Shown here one piece after another: positions 1 through 10,447 of a stretch of 45,644 nt of DNA. The translations under genes and the position numbers were made by a program. The stretch comes from Cyanobacteria bacterium P01_D01_bin.156 (GTDB lineage Bacteria; Cyanobacteriota; Cyanobacteriia; Phormidesmidales; Phormidesmidaceae). The DNA is taken from contig JBCCQQ010000051.1 in the NCBI GenBank assembly GCA_039024555.1, positions 1-45,644 on the forward strand, given 5' to 3'. The first letter of the stretch is position 1, and each line of letters starts with the position of its first letter. A model generated the notes under the pieces. That model did not search any database, was not told the DNA's origin, and was given only the letters and a program-made list of their open reading frames with translations.

Positions 1-551
1 CTCTAGATAGCTTTGGTAGATTGACGGTATCATAGGGCGTGATAGGTCGTGTTCGTAAAACTAGCCTATCTTTTTTTATCTACCCATTCTTAACCACTGA
101 ATTTATAAGGCTTGCAGCAGTTGTGTAACCCCGTCAGCACAGCTACACGTCTCGACGGCTTTATCGCTACTGAAGATGACTCATGGGATTAGCTTTGTCC
201 ACTGGGCGATCCCAATGATTCAGCTACCCAGAGTTTGTTGCTGAGGTCAGTGCAGTCGTGATGGGCTCGGTTATCTATGAGTGGATAATTCGCCATGTTG
301 CTACAACCATTGCTGAAATTGGAACAGCATGGCCGTATACTCAGCGTTATAAGATCGCACACTCAATATTCGGTCAATAATTTCTAATGAGGTTTGATAA
401 CTGTTATCGAATCGATGGTTTGCTCTCGCAATATTGGCGGTTTGGGTAGTGTCTTACGCTCTTAGGGGTAGATGTTGTTGGAGAGTGAAATAGATAGGGG
501 CTGTATATTTACTGTTTTGTTATCCTGTATCTGTTTTGTTAATGCAGCTAG

Positions 552-1439
552 ATGACTCAAGATAGATTAGAAAGTAAGCAACACTTTTCAGCCAAGATTG
601 ATCGGACTACCTGGAGGTGTCATCTAGACTCCCACCATCAGATGATTTTAGGGGTTAGAGAATTTTTTGCCCACTTAAACTATCCGCCGTTGACAGATCA
701 GTTTTTAGGACTGCTTCGTTTTCGTTGCTTTGAGACAGCTGGACCAAAAGCAGAACTTGAAACGCTCGCCATTAAAGCTATTTCATCAGATACCCTTGGT
801 GTAGAGGTGAGTGTTTTTAACCGCCAAGAACACTTTTCTGACACTTTTACAGTGCGGATTAGCGATATTAAAGACTGGTCTTTGAGTCGTGAATGCTTAC
901 TCCACACTCAAAGACTAGAGATAGTTCTGTTATTGTCATCCCATGAACTGCAGTTAACGACTACCTTAAAAGAACCGTTGGTATGGCAAATGCGGGGTGC
1001 CCATTATTCACCCATGGCGAATCTCTACTCTACATATGAGCCTAGTCAAGATAAACACCCCTGGTACAAATACTATTTTGCTATACGTTTGACTAAGAGC
1101 CAACAAACCATCGGCTTTATTGGTTTTTACCAAATCTCGCAACCTAAAAAGGTTTCTCCCCATATTAGCCAGATCCCATACCAGTCAGTGATGCTCAGCT
1201 ATGGGCTTGCTAAAGACTACTGGGGGCATGGATTGATGTCTGAAGCTTTACGTGATTGTGTTCCCTGGTTTATTAAAAATCACCAGGTGCAAGAGTTAGT
1301 CGCTTTTGCAGAAATCAATAATCTAGGTTCGCGCCATATTCTTAAGAAGTTGGAATTACTAGAGTATGGATTACTAGAAAATTCTCTAAATAGTCCTGAC
1401 CTAAAAGATACTTATCACTTTATGATCTACAAACAATGA
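552..1439 (+). CDS. GNAT (RimJ/RimL-like) N-acetyltransferase with an unrecognised ~160-aa N-terminal extension
   Basis: C-terminal IGFIGFY...LSYGLAKDYWGHGLMSEAL...NNLGSRHILKKL matches the GNAT acetyl-CoA-binding motifs. Confidence 0.75.
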   Translation: MTQDRLESKQHFSAKIDRTTWRCHLDSHHQMILGVREFFAHLNYPPLTDQFLGLLRFRCFETAGPKAELETLAIKAISSDTLGVEVSVFNRQEHFSDTFTVRISDIKDWSLSRECLLHTQRLEIVLLLSSHELQLTTTLKEPLVWQMRGAHYSPMANLYSTYEPSQDKHPWYKYYFAIRLTKSQQTIGFIGFYQISQPKKVSPHISQIPYQSVMLSYGLAKDYWGHGLMSEALRDCVPWFIKNHQVQELVAFAEINNLGSRHILKKLELLEYGLLENSLNSPDLKDTYHFMIYKQ

Positions 1440-1808
1440 ATTATTCAAAATGTATCAAGCAAGCAAGTCTATTATTACTAACTTGCTATGCTTGGCAAGC
1501 ATTTCAGAATGTTCCATGGTTCGTGTGGTGAGTAGTCAATCTAAATCTCCGACTATGCAAGCTCGAGGGAATTTAAGACGGTCCTATGAGTCTCCTAAGC
1601 CTGCAGAATTTGAGAAAACTGGAGACAGTTTGCAAGAGACTCCATTGTGTGATGATCTGATTATTGAACTGAATACGACCTACCGTTTCCTGTAACACAT
1701 CAAGGTATTTCTATCTGTTGGTGTAAGGAATTTCTGGGGAAAACTATACCGCAACGACTGTGAACCTATTCTGTTCGTTGTAGTTAACAGAGAGAGTGAA
1801 AACCGTCT

Positions 1809-3701
1809 ATGTACCAGATTTTTCCTGGGAAATACTCAGGTTATTTGGCGTCTACAGAAGAGCACGCGAAGTTACCTAAGTTTCTCGTTGCGATAATCTT
1901 TGCTGTCTGCCTTTTACCGTTTTTACTGAATCTCCTAGGAGCGGACTTTGGGACAGTAGTCAGTTCCTTAGATGTTATTACTGATCCGGAACTAAGTACT
2001 CATCAGTTAACTGAGACAGTGCATCATATTTTGGCAGGTAGTTATATCCATACGATTCTTGAGTGGAGCGCATTTTGTGCAGCTATTTTTACGGTGGTTC
2101 TGGCCTTTGCTCATTTTTGGATTACTCAGGACATTACTACACCCATTATTGGTATAACTCTCTTCTGTGCAGGAATGATGGATGCGTTCCATACATTAGC
2201 TGCCGATCGTCTAGTAGAGGCTGTTGCAGATAACCGTAACTTAATTCCCTTTACCTGGGCATTGTGTCGCATGCTAAATGCGGTGCTCACCATCATAGGT
2301 GTAAGCTTATTGCTGAGCAAACGGTGGACCCAGTGGAAAAATAAAGCGAGTTTTGTCGCTGCTGTGAGTCTGTTATTTGGATTGTTAGCCTATGTCATCA
2401 TTCGTGCGTGTGCGACGAGCCATGCGTTGCCTCAAACGATGTTTCCCAACTCGTTTATTACTCGACCTTGGGATGTAATTCCTCTTGTTTTATATGTCAT
2501 AGCAGGTCTTATTATTTATCCTCTATTTTATCGAACCTATCCCAGCTTGTTTTCCTATTCGCTGGTAGTTGGTGTTGTTCCTAATGTGGCTACTCAAATG
2601 CATATGGCATTTGGTTCAACAGCGTTATTTGATAATAACTTTAACATTGCGCATTTTCTCAAAATCATTGCTTACATAGTTCCTCTAACAGGCTTGATCC
2701 TGGATTACATTCACACCTATCAAACGGTAAAACTGTCTAATCAGGCCCTTAAAGTAACCGTAGATAAACAACAAGAAACAGAAATAGCTCTACGTCAGTC
2801 AGAGAACGCCCTGACCCATCAAAATCATCGCCTCCAGGAAGCTTTTGTGGAATTAAGGCAAACTCAAATGCAGCTGATCCAGACTGAGAAGATGTCTAGT
2901 CTAGGGCAGTTGGTGGCTGGAGTTGCCCATGAAATCAATAATCCTGTGAATTTTATTCATGGTAATGTAACCCATATCAATAACTATACTCAGGATTTAC
3001 TGGAAGTTATTCAAGCCTATAAAAAGTACTATTCAAATCCTCCTCAACAGCTGCAAATGTTAATAGAGGATGTAGATCTTGACTTTATTCAAGAAGATCT
3101 AGGTAAATCATTACAGTCGATGCATTTAGGTACTAACAGAATCCGCGATATTGTTCTTTCATTGCGTAACTTTTCACGTCTGGATGAGGCTGCTCTCAAA
3201 GATGTCGATCTCCATGAGGGAATTGATAATACGCTATTACTGTTAATGCATCGTTTGAAAGCCAATGATGGTTATCCTGCGATTCAAGTGATGAAAAATT
3301 ATGGTCAGCTGCCTCTAGTAGATTGTTATCCAGGCCAGCTCAACCAGGTTTTTATGAACTTGTTTGCGAATGCTATCGATATTTTAGAAGAGAGCTCTAG
3401 GCAACAGGAGAAAGGACAGAAAATTGCTGGATGTATTGATATTGAAACCCAGGTAATAGATAAGGATTGGGTGCAGATTACTATTGCTGATAATGGTCCT
3501 GGGATGCCTGACAATGTCAGGATGAAGATTTTTGATCCTTTCTTTACGACTAAACCGGTTGGTAAAGGAACCGGTTTGGGGTTATCTATCAGCCATCAAA
3601 TTATCACTGAAAATCATAAGGGTAAACTGCAGTGTAATTCTTCTGAGAAGGGGACTGAATTTGTTGTGCAAATTCCTAGCTGCCAGTCAGATGGCGTATA
3701 G
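1809..3701 (+). CDS. Membrane sensor histidine kinase (multi-TM MASE3-like sensor, HisKA, HATPase)
   Basis: Several hydrophobic helices with HTILE and DAFHTL; H-box [10 protein letters not shown]-box [12 protein letters not shown]1 DNGPG; F-box FDPFFTTK; G2 GTGLGL. Confidence 0.92.
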   Translation: MYQIFPGKYSGYLASTEEHAKLPKFLVAIIFAVCLLPFLLNLLGADFGTVVSSLDVITDPELSTHQLTETVHHILAGSYIHTILEWSAFCAAIFTVVLAFAHFWITQDITTPIIGITLFCAGMMDAFHTLAADRLVEAVADNRNLIPFTWALCRMLNAVLTIIGVSLLLSKRWTQWKNKASFVAAVSLLFGLLAYVIIRACATSHALPQTMFPNSFITRPWDVIPLVLYVIAGLIIYPLFYRTYPSLFSYSLVVGVVPNVATQMHMAFGSTALFDNNFNIAHFLKIIAYIVPLTGLILDYIHTYQTVKLSNQALKVTVDKQQETEIALRQSENALTHQNHRLQEAFVELRQTQMQLIQTEKMSSLGQLVAGVAHEINNPVNFIHGNVTHINNYTQDLLEVIQAYKKYYSNPPQQLQMLIEDVDLDFIQEDLGKSLQSMHLGTNRIRDIVLSLRNFSRLDEAALKDVDLHEGIDNTLLLLMHRLKANDGYPAIQVMKNYGQLPLVDCYPGQLNQVFMNLFANAIDILEESSRQQEKGQKIAGCIDIETQVIDKDWVQITIADNGPGMPDNVRMKIFDPFFTTKPVGKGTGLGLSISHQIITENHKGKLQCNSSEKGTEFVVQIPSCQSDGV

Positions 3702-3950
3702 CCGAATGGCAATGACTTGTAGTCCTTACAATGAGGCTCAATGTCTTCAAAGTGTTCTATTTGAATGCTGTAGAGAAGGTTCTCTCTTTTGGATCAAAGC
3801 AGTCTTTTGGTCATAGTGGTGTCTAGTTTGCTCCAGTATGAGTGGAGTATTCCAAGTCCTTAGTGAAAATTCAATTCTATAGAGTTTTATCAATGTATGG
3901 TTAGGGAAGTGCGTGAAAATAAGACACCTTAATAAAGCTTGGCGATACCT

Positions 3951-4052
3951 GGTTCCCCTTGCCAAGGGGAACCGTTAGGGAGGGGTCTGGAAAACTAGCG
4001 CAAATGGCCGAAGACCCCTCCGCCTAAGGCACCTCCCCTTGTTAAGGGGAGG
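3951..4052. repeat. Nested palindromic REP/REPIN-like element
   Basis: GGTTCCCCTT-GCC-AAGGGGAACC (3951-3973) and CCTCCCCTT-GTT-AAGGGGAGG (4032-4052), with internal inverted arms TTAGGGAGGGGTCT / AGACCCCTCCGCCTAA. Confidence 0.8.
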
Positions 4053-4288
4053 ACGTTGCTTAATAAAATCCTGCTTGGAATTTTATTTTTGTGCAATCGC
4101 CTTAGAGCTGATGCAAAATAGAAATATGTTTAGGATTTTGGTTTGTAAAATGCCAGCGCAGCGTTGTGTGCATTATGCATTCCAAGGCGTGTATTGGTTT
4201 GCTACCTGTCGAATTTTGATGGTATGTATACGAATGAAATATGTAGTATTGAGTGGTTTATATAAACCTTCATTGTTTCTACGTTCAT

Positions 4289-4738
4289 ATGCAATTCACT
4301 GATCTGCTAGCACACCCTGAAGGAGGCCGTTATTTAGAGGTCTATCGTTCCGGACGGGCTGTTGTGGCTGATGATAAGGTCAAGACAGCTCTTACACATA
4401 TTTACTTTTCCCTAGACCCCCATGAGGTCAGTAAATTTCATCGTGTTAGTAATGATGAGGTATGGAATCTTTATCAGGGAGAGGGACTATACCTGTATCA
4501 ATGGGATGGTCAATCGAGCAAAGTAGAGTCTATTGAACTCTCCGTTCAATCTATGAGTTTCTGTCATGTAGTGCCAGGAGGCTATTGGCAGGCAGCGGTC
4601 CCCATCAAAGATCGGATACTGGTCGGGTGCTCTGTAGCACCGGGGTTTGAATTTGAAGATTTTGAACTGATTGATGCGAATTCAGATATTGCTAAAAACT
4701 TACTAGATATTGATTCCAATTTATCCAGACTGGTTTGA
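4289..4738 (+). CDS. Cupin_5 (DUF985) family protein
   Basis: HPEGGRYLEVYRS, THIYF, SKFHRV-DEVWNLYQG, VVPGGYWQAA, LVGCSVAPGFEFEDF; ATG 4289 preferred over GTG 4253. Confidence 0.88.
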   Translation: MQFTDLLAHPEGGRYLEVYRSGRAVVADDKVKTALTHIYFSLDPHEVSKFHRVSNDEVWNLYQGEGLYLYQWDGQSSKVESIELSVQSMSFCHVVPGGYWQAAVPIKDRILVGCSVAPGFEFEDFELIDANSDIAKNLLDIDSNLSRLV

Positions 4739-4781
4739 CTTTTGAGCGGTTACTAACCTTTTCAGAGCTATAAGATTGACG

Positions 4782-6374
4782 TTAATCCTGCTTCAGGTAG
4801 AGTATGTTTGCCTCTGGAGGCTCCATAAAGGTGAGCTCTCCCCATTTAGCTGTAGCTTGCTGTTGTAGAGCGCTAGAGGGACTGTAAAATACTACATCTG
4901 TAATATTCGAGGTTCTAACTTTTGAAAGCCCTTCTGCGATCGCATCCTCATTGATTAACAATAGCTGCACATCCTCAGCTAAGCGATAGCTGAGAGAAAT
5001 CAGATTCCCCTGATTCAGATAACTGTCACCCAGATCGCTAATCACCAAAGGAGTCTCTAGGCTGTTTAGTAAGTTGGCTGTTTTATCATTGGCTACACTA
5101 ACACCTTTACTCCACCAGGATGATGAGTAGGCGCTGACTACACAGGAGGCAAGACTGGCAGTGAGTATGGTTGCCCAAATTCCTCGCCAAACCCGACGAT
5201 TGGGAAGATATGTTCCGAGTAAGTAAGCGACGGCTAGTTGTATGCCAGGAAATGAACAAACAAGATACCGTGTGATAGCCGACCGCTGCCCCCCGAGAAT
5301 CAGGTCTGGAAGGGCTAAGGCTAGAAATGGGATCAGGCTTGATGCCAAGACAAACCGGCTGGCAATGTGAGAAGCCTTTTTCCAGAGGAGATAGAATGCC
5401 CAAACTATCAAAACGATAAAGGGCAGTCTGAGTAGATAGGTGATGGGATGGTTAAATCCCAGATCGAGATCAAAGAACAAACTACTAAAGCTGAGTATCC
5501 AAAACTTGATTAGGGTTACAAAATGAAGCGATGAACTGAGCCAATTTGAAGATGCATAGGTGCGTTCTCCGCCGGTCAGCAGGGCAACTGTCCAAGGAAT
5601 ATAGAGAATAAAAGTACCCGCTATTGCCAGAACATAGGGGAAAAGACTTCTCAGTTTGTGTAAGAAAGGTTTTGATGGAGCGCGTGTAAAAAGTTGTTGA
5701 CTAACCGTAAAAACCCCTTGTGCTAAGAGAGTCAAACTAAAAAATAAATGAGTGTATAGGCCCATGGCGCAAACAACTGTATACCATCCCCACGCTTGCC
5801 AACGGTTGAGTCGTAGGGCTCGTAATAACAGCCAACTACTGGCAAGGATGAGTACGGTTAGCAAACTGTACTGGCGGACCGTTTGCGCAAATAAAATATC
5901 GAAAGGAGAGAGGGCGATGAGCCCGGTAGCCAACGAGGCAATAATATGGGAGGAAAAGAGCTCTATCCCTAATAAGAACATAAGAGGTAGGGCCAACACA
6001 CTGATTAAGGCGGGAAGGCATCTAGTTAGGGTAATTGAGCTGCCAAATTGTCGCATCCAGAGAGAGCCTAAGCTGTAGTAAAGTGGCGGGTGTTTGGCAT
6101 CTTCTTGGATTAAGACATCAATGGTATCCAGCAGATTGCTGTTGGGTTTTGGTTGCTGATACTTTTGTAGCGCTGGTGCTGTCAAGATCTGGTTCTGGAA
6201 TATCTCTTGCCGCACTTCTTCAATGGTGTACCCAGCCATGCGGGTGGTGCTATAGACCTCGTCAAACCAGTAGACTTTACGGTCTAGATGAAAGAATCGG
6301 AAGAATATGCCAAGGATAATTGCGATCGCAATCACCCCCTTAAACCAACCTGATATCTGTTTGCCGTTGTGCAT
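4782..6374 (-). CDS. Glycosyltransferase family 39-like (ArnT/PMT-type) integral membrane transferase
   Basis: YWFDEVYS, KHPPLYY, SPFDILFAQTVRQYSL, LYTH; many TM helices. Confidence 0.85.
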   Translation of the reverse strand: MHNGKQISGWFKGVIAIAIILGIFFRFFHLDRKVYWFDEVYSTTRMAGYTIEEVRQEIFQNQILTAPALQKYQQPKPNSNLLDTIDVLIQEDAKHPPLYYSLGSLWMRQFGSSITLTRCLPALISVLALPLMFLLGIELFSSHIIASLATGLIALSPFDILFAQTVRQYSLLTVLILASSWLLLRALRLNRWQAWGWYTVVCAMGLYTHLFFSLTLLAQGVFTVSQQLFTRAPSKPFLHKLRSLFPYVLAIAGTFILYIPWTVALLTGGERTYASSNWLSSSLHFVTLIKFWILSFSSLFFDLDLGFNHPITYLLRLPFIVLIVWAFYLLWKKASHIASRFVLASSLIPFLALALPDLILGGQRSAITRYLVCSFPGIQLAVAYLLGTYLPNRRVWRGIWATILTASLASCVVSAYSSSWWSKGVSVANDKTANLLNSLETPLVISDLGDSYLNQGNLISLSYRLAEDVQLLLINEDAIAEGLSKVRTSNITDVVFYSPSSALQQQATAKWGELTFMEPPEANILYLKQD

Positions 6375-6528
6375 GACTACTCAAAGCCCTGTAGAATCCT
6401 CAATGCCAAGATCCTACAGGGCGTTTATGAGTAGTCACTGTGTCTAATGCAGTACAAACGGTAAGCCCAACGATGGAGCACCATCCCCTTTGCACGGTGC
6501 AGAATTTCAAGACTGAATGTATCTCAAT

Positions 6529-6936
6529 CTAACGAACCTGGTTATTGATGGGACCGTTATAGTCGAGAGTTACCGTGCGATCGCGCCCTATACCTTCAAC
6601 CGTGACGATACTGAGCGTCGTGTAAGTTTCAGTGAGCACAACAGCCGTGGGCTCACCACCGCGAATCATAAACCGCCACGTTGCTGGCCCCAGCATTTCG
6701 CAAGGAGCGTCAATCGAAGCACCGTGCATTGCTGGTTCAGCCCGATAAACTTCTAACCCTCCATTGGAGAGTTCTGCCATCTGCCGGGCCTCATTTTTAG
6801 CCGCATTGAGGGCTAGCTGCTCCGCCGGAGTAGTGGCTACACAGCCATTTTGCCCAGTACCATTACTCTGAGCATTGGCTGAGAGCCCCAGCACGGTGAC
6901 CATAAGAAAGCCGTAAGCCGCAATCATTCGCTTCAT
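6529..6936 (-). CDS. Conserved cyanobacterial secreted hypothetical protein
   Basis: Signal peptide ending ANA-Q; motif AKNEARQMAELSNGGLEVYRAEPAMHG; two Cys. Confidence 0.7.
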   Translation of the reverse strand: MKRMIAAYGFLMVTVLGLSANAQSNGTGQNGCVATTPAEQLALNAAKNEARQMAELSNGGLEVYRAEPAMHGASIDAPCEMLGPATWRFMIRGGEPTAVVLTETYTTLSIVTVEGIGRDRTVTLDYNGPINNQVR

Positions 6937-7001
6937 GTGAAGTTCTTCCAGATGCGAGTTTCTACTTACCAGTACACTTCATAGACTGAAAATCAGCACA
7001 T

Positions 7002-8756
7002 TTACATACGCTCTAATACGGAAATACCGAGTAGGGATAAGCCCAATTTGAGGGTACGCGCTGTCAAATCACACAGCATTAATCGAGATGTTCGTTGGGG
7101 CTCTTCTGCTTGTAATACAGAACAGCGATCGTAAAACTGATTAAACTTTTGACTGAGTTCAAACAAGTACTGGCATAGGCGATTAGGATATAGCTCTTGT
7201 GCCACTTCCATCACAATGGCATCCAGCTCTAATAAATGTTTAGCCAGCGTTAGTTCCGAAGCGTCTTCCAGAAGCATAGACGCATCACCCAGCTGAGTAA
7301 AGTCAATATTGCCTTTGCGGCTGATGCCTTGCACCCGGACATAGGCATAGAGCATATAGGGGGCGGTATTACCCTGCAGGGCCAGCATTTTGTCAAAACT
7401 AAAGATATAGTCACTGGTGCGATTTTGGCTCAGGTCTGCATATTTCACTGCACCCATGCCGACGGCCGTAGAAACCGTCTCGATGAACTCGGCTGTTTCA
7501 TCTCGGTTTTCGTCAGTAACCCGCTGACGTAGATCCGTTTCAGCCTTGTCAATGGCTTCATTTAGCAAATCTTTTAGCTTGATGGTTTCCCCAGAGCGAG
7601 TTTTGAGCTTTTTCCCATCTTCTCCTTTGACCAGACCAAAGGGCACATGCACTAGCTTGACTCCCTCAGGTATCCAGTTAGCGCGATTCGCCACTTGAAA
7701 GACTTGTGCAAAGTGGTTAGCCTGCCCAGCATCGGTAATATAGATGACGCGCTCGGCTTTCTCCTCGATAGTGCGCTGACGGATAGCCGCTAGGTCTGTT
7801 GTAGCATAGTTAAATCCACCATCAGATTTTTTGACAATCAGCGGTTGGGGATTCCCATCCTTGTTGGTAAAGCCTTCTAGAAAAACAACTTGAGCACCCT
7901 GGTCTTCTTCTAGCAGACCAAGAGATTTGAGATCGGTGACAACATCGTCTAGTAGAGGATTGTAGAAAGACTCTCCCCGCTCTTGTACGGTGATGTTGAG
8001 GCGATCATAGATTTTCTGAAACTCTTTTCGAGACTGTTCACACAGGACCTGCCATGCCCGACGAGCAGCTTCATCGCCCGACTGTAGAGCAACCACTGCT
8101 TCACGGGAGGTAGCTTTAAAGTCTTCGTCTTCGTCGAAACGTTGCTTGGCTTGCTTATAAAAGGTGACGAGGTCGCCAATATCCACAGTGGAGGATGTTG
8201 TCATTGCCTCAGGACACACATCCCGCAGGTGGGTAATCAACATGCCAAACTGGGTGCCCCAGTCGCCCACATGGTTGAGTCGCAGCACATCGTGACCCAA
8301 AAACTCTAAGGTGCGGGCAATACACTCGCCAATAATGGTGGAGCGCAGATGGCCCACATGCATTTCTTTCGCGATGTTAGGGCTGGAAAAATCCACAATC
8401 GTGCGCTGGGCGGGATTAGCCAGAGGGACGCCCAGACGTTGATCTGCGTAAACCTTCTGAAGTTGGGTTTGTAGATAATCGGTTTTGAATTTCAGGTTGA
8501 TAAACCCAGGACCGGCAATTTGCGGTGCTTCACAGAGGTCATCGATGCTAAGGTTCTCGACGATTTTCGTTGCGATCGCACGAGGCTTCTGCTTGAGACG
8601 CTTGGCTAGGGACATGGCTACGTTGGCCTGGTAGTCTCCAAACTTGGGATTGTTGGTTGGTACCAAAACCGGATCGGTACCCTCTAACTCAGGGCCAAAC
8701 GCAGTGACAAGGGCTGTTTGTAGGCGATGCTTTAGATCGTCGAGGGTGGATAGCAT
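7002..8756 (-). CDS. argS: Arginine--tRNA ligase
   Basis: [37 protein letters not shown] (HIGH-like), [12 protein letters not shown]-terminal ERM. Confidence 0.98.
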   Translation of the reverse strand: MLSTLDDLKHRLQTALVTAFGPELEGTDPVLVPTNNPKFGDYQANVAMSLAKRLKQKPRAIATKIVENLSIDDLCEAPQIAGPGFINLKFKTDYLQTQLQKVYADQRLGVPLANPAQRTIVDFSSPNIAKEMHVGHLRSTIIGECIARTLEFLGHDVLRLNHVGDWGTQFGMLITHLRDVCPEAMTTSSTVDIGDLVTFYKQAKQRFDEDEDFKATSREAVVALQSGDEAARRAWQVLCEQSRKEFQKIYDRLNITVQERGESFYNPLLDDVVTDLKSLGLLEEDQGAQVVFLEGFTNKDGNPQPLIVKKSDGGFNYATTDLAAIRQRTIEEKAERVIYITDAGQANHFAQVFQVANRANWIPEGVKLVHVPFGLVKGEDGKKLKTRSGETIKLKDLLNEAIDKAETDLRQRVTDENRDETAEFIETVSTAVGMGAVKYADLSQNRTSDYIFSFDKMLALQGNTAPYMLYAYVRVQGISRKGNIDFTQLGDASMLLEDASELTLAKHLLELDAIVMEVAQELYPNRLCQYLFELSQKFNQFYDRCSVLQAEEPQRTSRLMLCDLTARTLKLGLSLLGISVLERM

Positions 8757-8923
8757 ACCGATTTAGAGAACCAATAGGACGGGAAAGCAATCTTTAGCCT
8801 ACCAACTCATCTCCCTTATTTCGTGCCATCCTCCGGGGGGTAGTCAAAAAAAACTGTGGTCTATGACCATGGTCATGTCCTCGACTTTCTTGAGATAACG
8901 GGAATAGCTTCGGTTAGTTTCCT

Positions 8924-10291
8924 ATGACAGTGTTGAATTTTTCCTACCGCTGGGGTGTCAGTGTGCTGACGTTAAGCCTCCTTACAGTCACGAGTTGGGG
9001 CACCATTGCTGCTGTGGATGTTTGCAACACCCTGGCCCTGGCAAGTCGTTCCTACGATCAAGATGGGCGGGATGGTCGCAATGGCCGCTCGGGTCGCCAG
9101 GGGCGGGATGGAGTAGACCAAACCCTGCAGGCAACAGGCACGCCCATGCGTATCGATCTATCGGGTACCGATGGTGAAGATGGGGACGATGGTGAGGATG
9201 CAGACTGGCTGTTTTGTCGGCGGCAGCCCCGGTCCGTGCGTCACGATTTGCAAGCACCGGATGGTGGCGATGGTGGTGACGGGGGCCGTGGTGGTAACGG
9301 GGGGAGTGGTGGCACTTTGACGGTGTACTACACCGAGCCCAGTGCTCTACAACAGATTTTGGTGACGGCGGCAGGCGGTCGTGGCGGTCGCGGCGGTCGC
9401 GGTGGCGAGGGGAGTCGCGGCTGTGACTGTGACGATGATCGCTGGGTGGTGGAAGTTTGTAAGGATGGTAACTGCCGATTAGAAAAGTATGAGTGTGATG
9501 ACGGTCGTGATGGGCGCAATGGGCGCAATGGGCGCAATGGAGAGAACGGTAGCCTGGGTCAACTCGTGTTGATTAATCAAACCGACTTGTTGCCTCAAGA
9601 AACACCAGTACAGTCGCTTGCGATCGCACAATTAGCCAATCAACCAGTTACCTTATCTCGAAACCTGTGGGAGACTCGCAGTAATGCCAGGAGTTTACTA
9701 GCTCCCGGTTCTACGGTGGCTAGCGACTATCAGTTTTATACCGGCCATATCCAACGACAATTTGCGTTAGATTGGCAGGCTTCCCAGTCTGCTCAGGCAT
9801 TTACTGAAGCCGTCAATTTGGAACTGCAAGCCAGCGGAAAAGTCAGCGTTAATTTTCCAGAGACCTACTGGCTCCTAGGAGAAACTATCGAGCAAGATTC
9901 ATTAACCACCTATCGCGTGGACAGCATTGTACCCGTATCAGAGGTCACCCGCTTAGCCCTAGGACGGGTCGATGGCCGGAGTCGTACATTTGAGGTCAAT
10001 GTGGTGGATTTGGCTCAATATTCGGAGGTGGTGGACACTCGTTTTGAAGTTCGATACAGCACCACTAACGATGCTGGCAGCCGGAGTCGCTACTTTGTTG
10101 AATTTGAAGGCCCTGTCCCTACCAACCTGGTGCAGCAGGATCACAATCGATTTACATTAGCCCTGGGACGACTCCCCATTCAGTCCCAATTACTCAGTGG
10201 CGGTACCAAAGCCCGGATTGAGCTAACAATCATTCGCTCCCATGGCAATAACTCCACTGAACAAACGTTGACCTGGCAAGGCGAGATTTAA
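8924..10291 (+). CDS. Secreted collagen-like (Gly-X-Y repeat) protein
   Basis: Signal-like N-terminus; several GXY blocks (GRDGRNGRSGRQGRDG, GGDGGDGGRGGNGG, GRNGRNGRNGENG) separated by Cys-containing spacers; globular C-terminal part. Confidence 0.8.
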   Translation: MTVLNFSYRWGVSVLTLSLLTVTSWGTIAAVDVCNTLALASRSYDQDGRDGRNGRSGRQGRDGVDQTLQATGTPMRIDLSGTDGEDGDDGEDADWLFCRRQPRSVRHDLQAPDGGDGGDGGRGGNGGSGGTLTVYYTEPSALQQILVTAAGGRGGRGGRGGEGSRGCDCDDDRWVVEVCKDGNCRLEKYECDDGRDGRNGRNGRNGENGSLGQLVLINQTDLLPQETPVQSLAIAQLANQPVTLSRNLWETRSNARSLLAPGSTVASDYQFYTGHIQRQFALDWQASQSAQAFTEAVNLELQASGKVSVNFPETYWLLGETIEQDSLTTYRVDSIVPVSEVTRLALGRVDGRSRTFEVNVVDLAQYSEVVDTRFEVRYSTTNDAGSRSRYFVEFEGPVPTNLVQQDHNRFTLALGRLPIQSQLLSGGTKARIELTIIRSHGNNSTEQTLTWQGEI

Positions 10292-10370
10292 TCAATCAAC
10301 GTCGAGAGCCAAGGGTCTACACGTTTTTCTACTTATGCCACGATGTGCAGTTGACTGAAACCCATCCCAT

Positions 10371-10402
10371 AAAAAACGATGCAGCTATAAAAAGCTGCAT
10401 CG
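10371..10402 (-). terminator. Rho-independent terminator after the PEP-CTERM gene (possibly shared by the convergent genes)
   Basis: 10-bp stem CGATGCAGCT/AGCTGCATCG with a 6-nt loop; A6 tract reads U6 on the minus strand. Confidence 0.8.
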
Positions 10403-10447
10403 CTAAAAGAGTTGATTGAGAAAACGGAGCTAGACAGCTAAACCCGC

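Noticed and set aside
215..380. Open frame FSYPEFVAEVSAVVMGSVIYEWIIRHVATTIAEIGTAWPYTQRY, possibly a gene fragment
   Set aside because: Short and not assignable to any family without a search
1450..1695. 81-aa ORF between the GNAT and kinase genes
   Set aside because: No recognisable motif or clear RBS; cannot support it as a real gene
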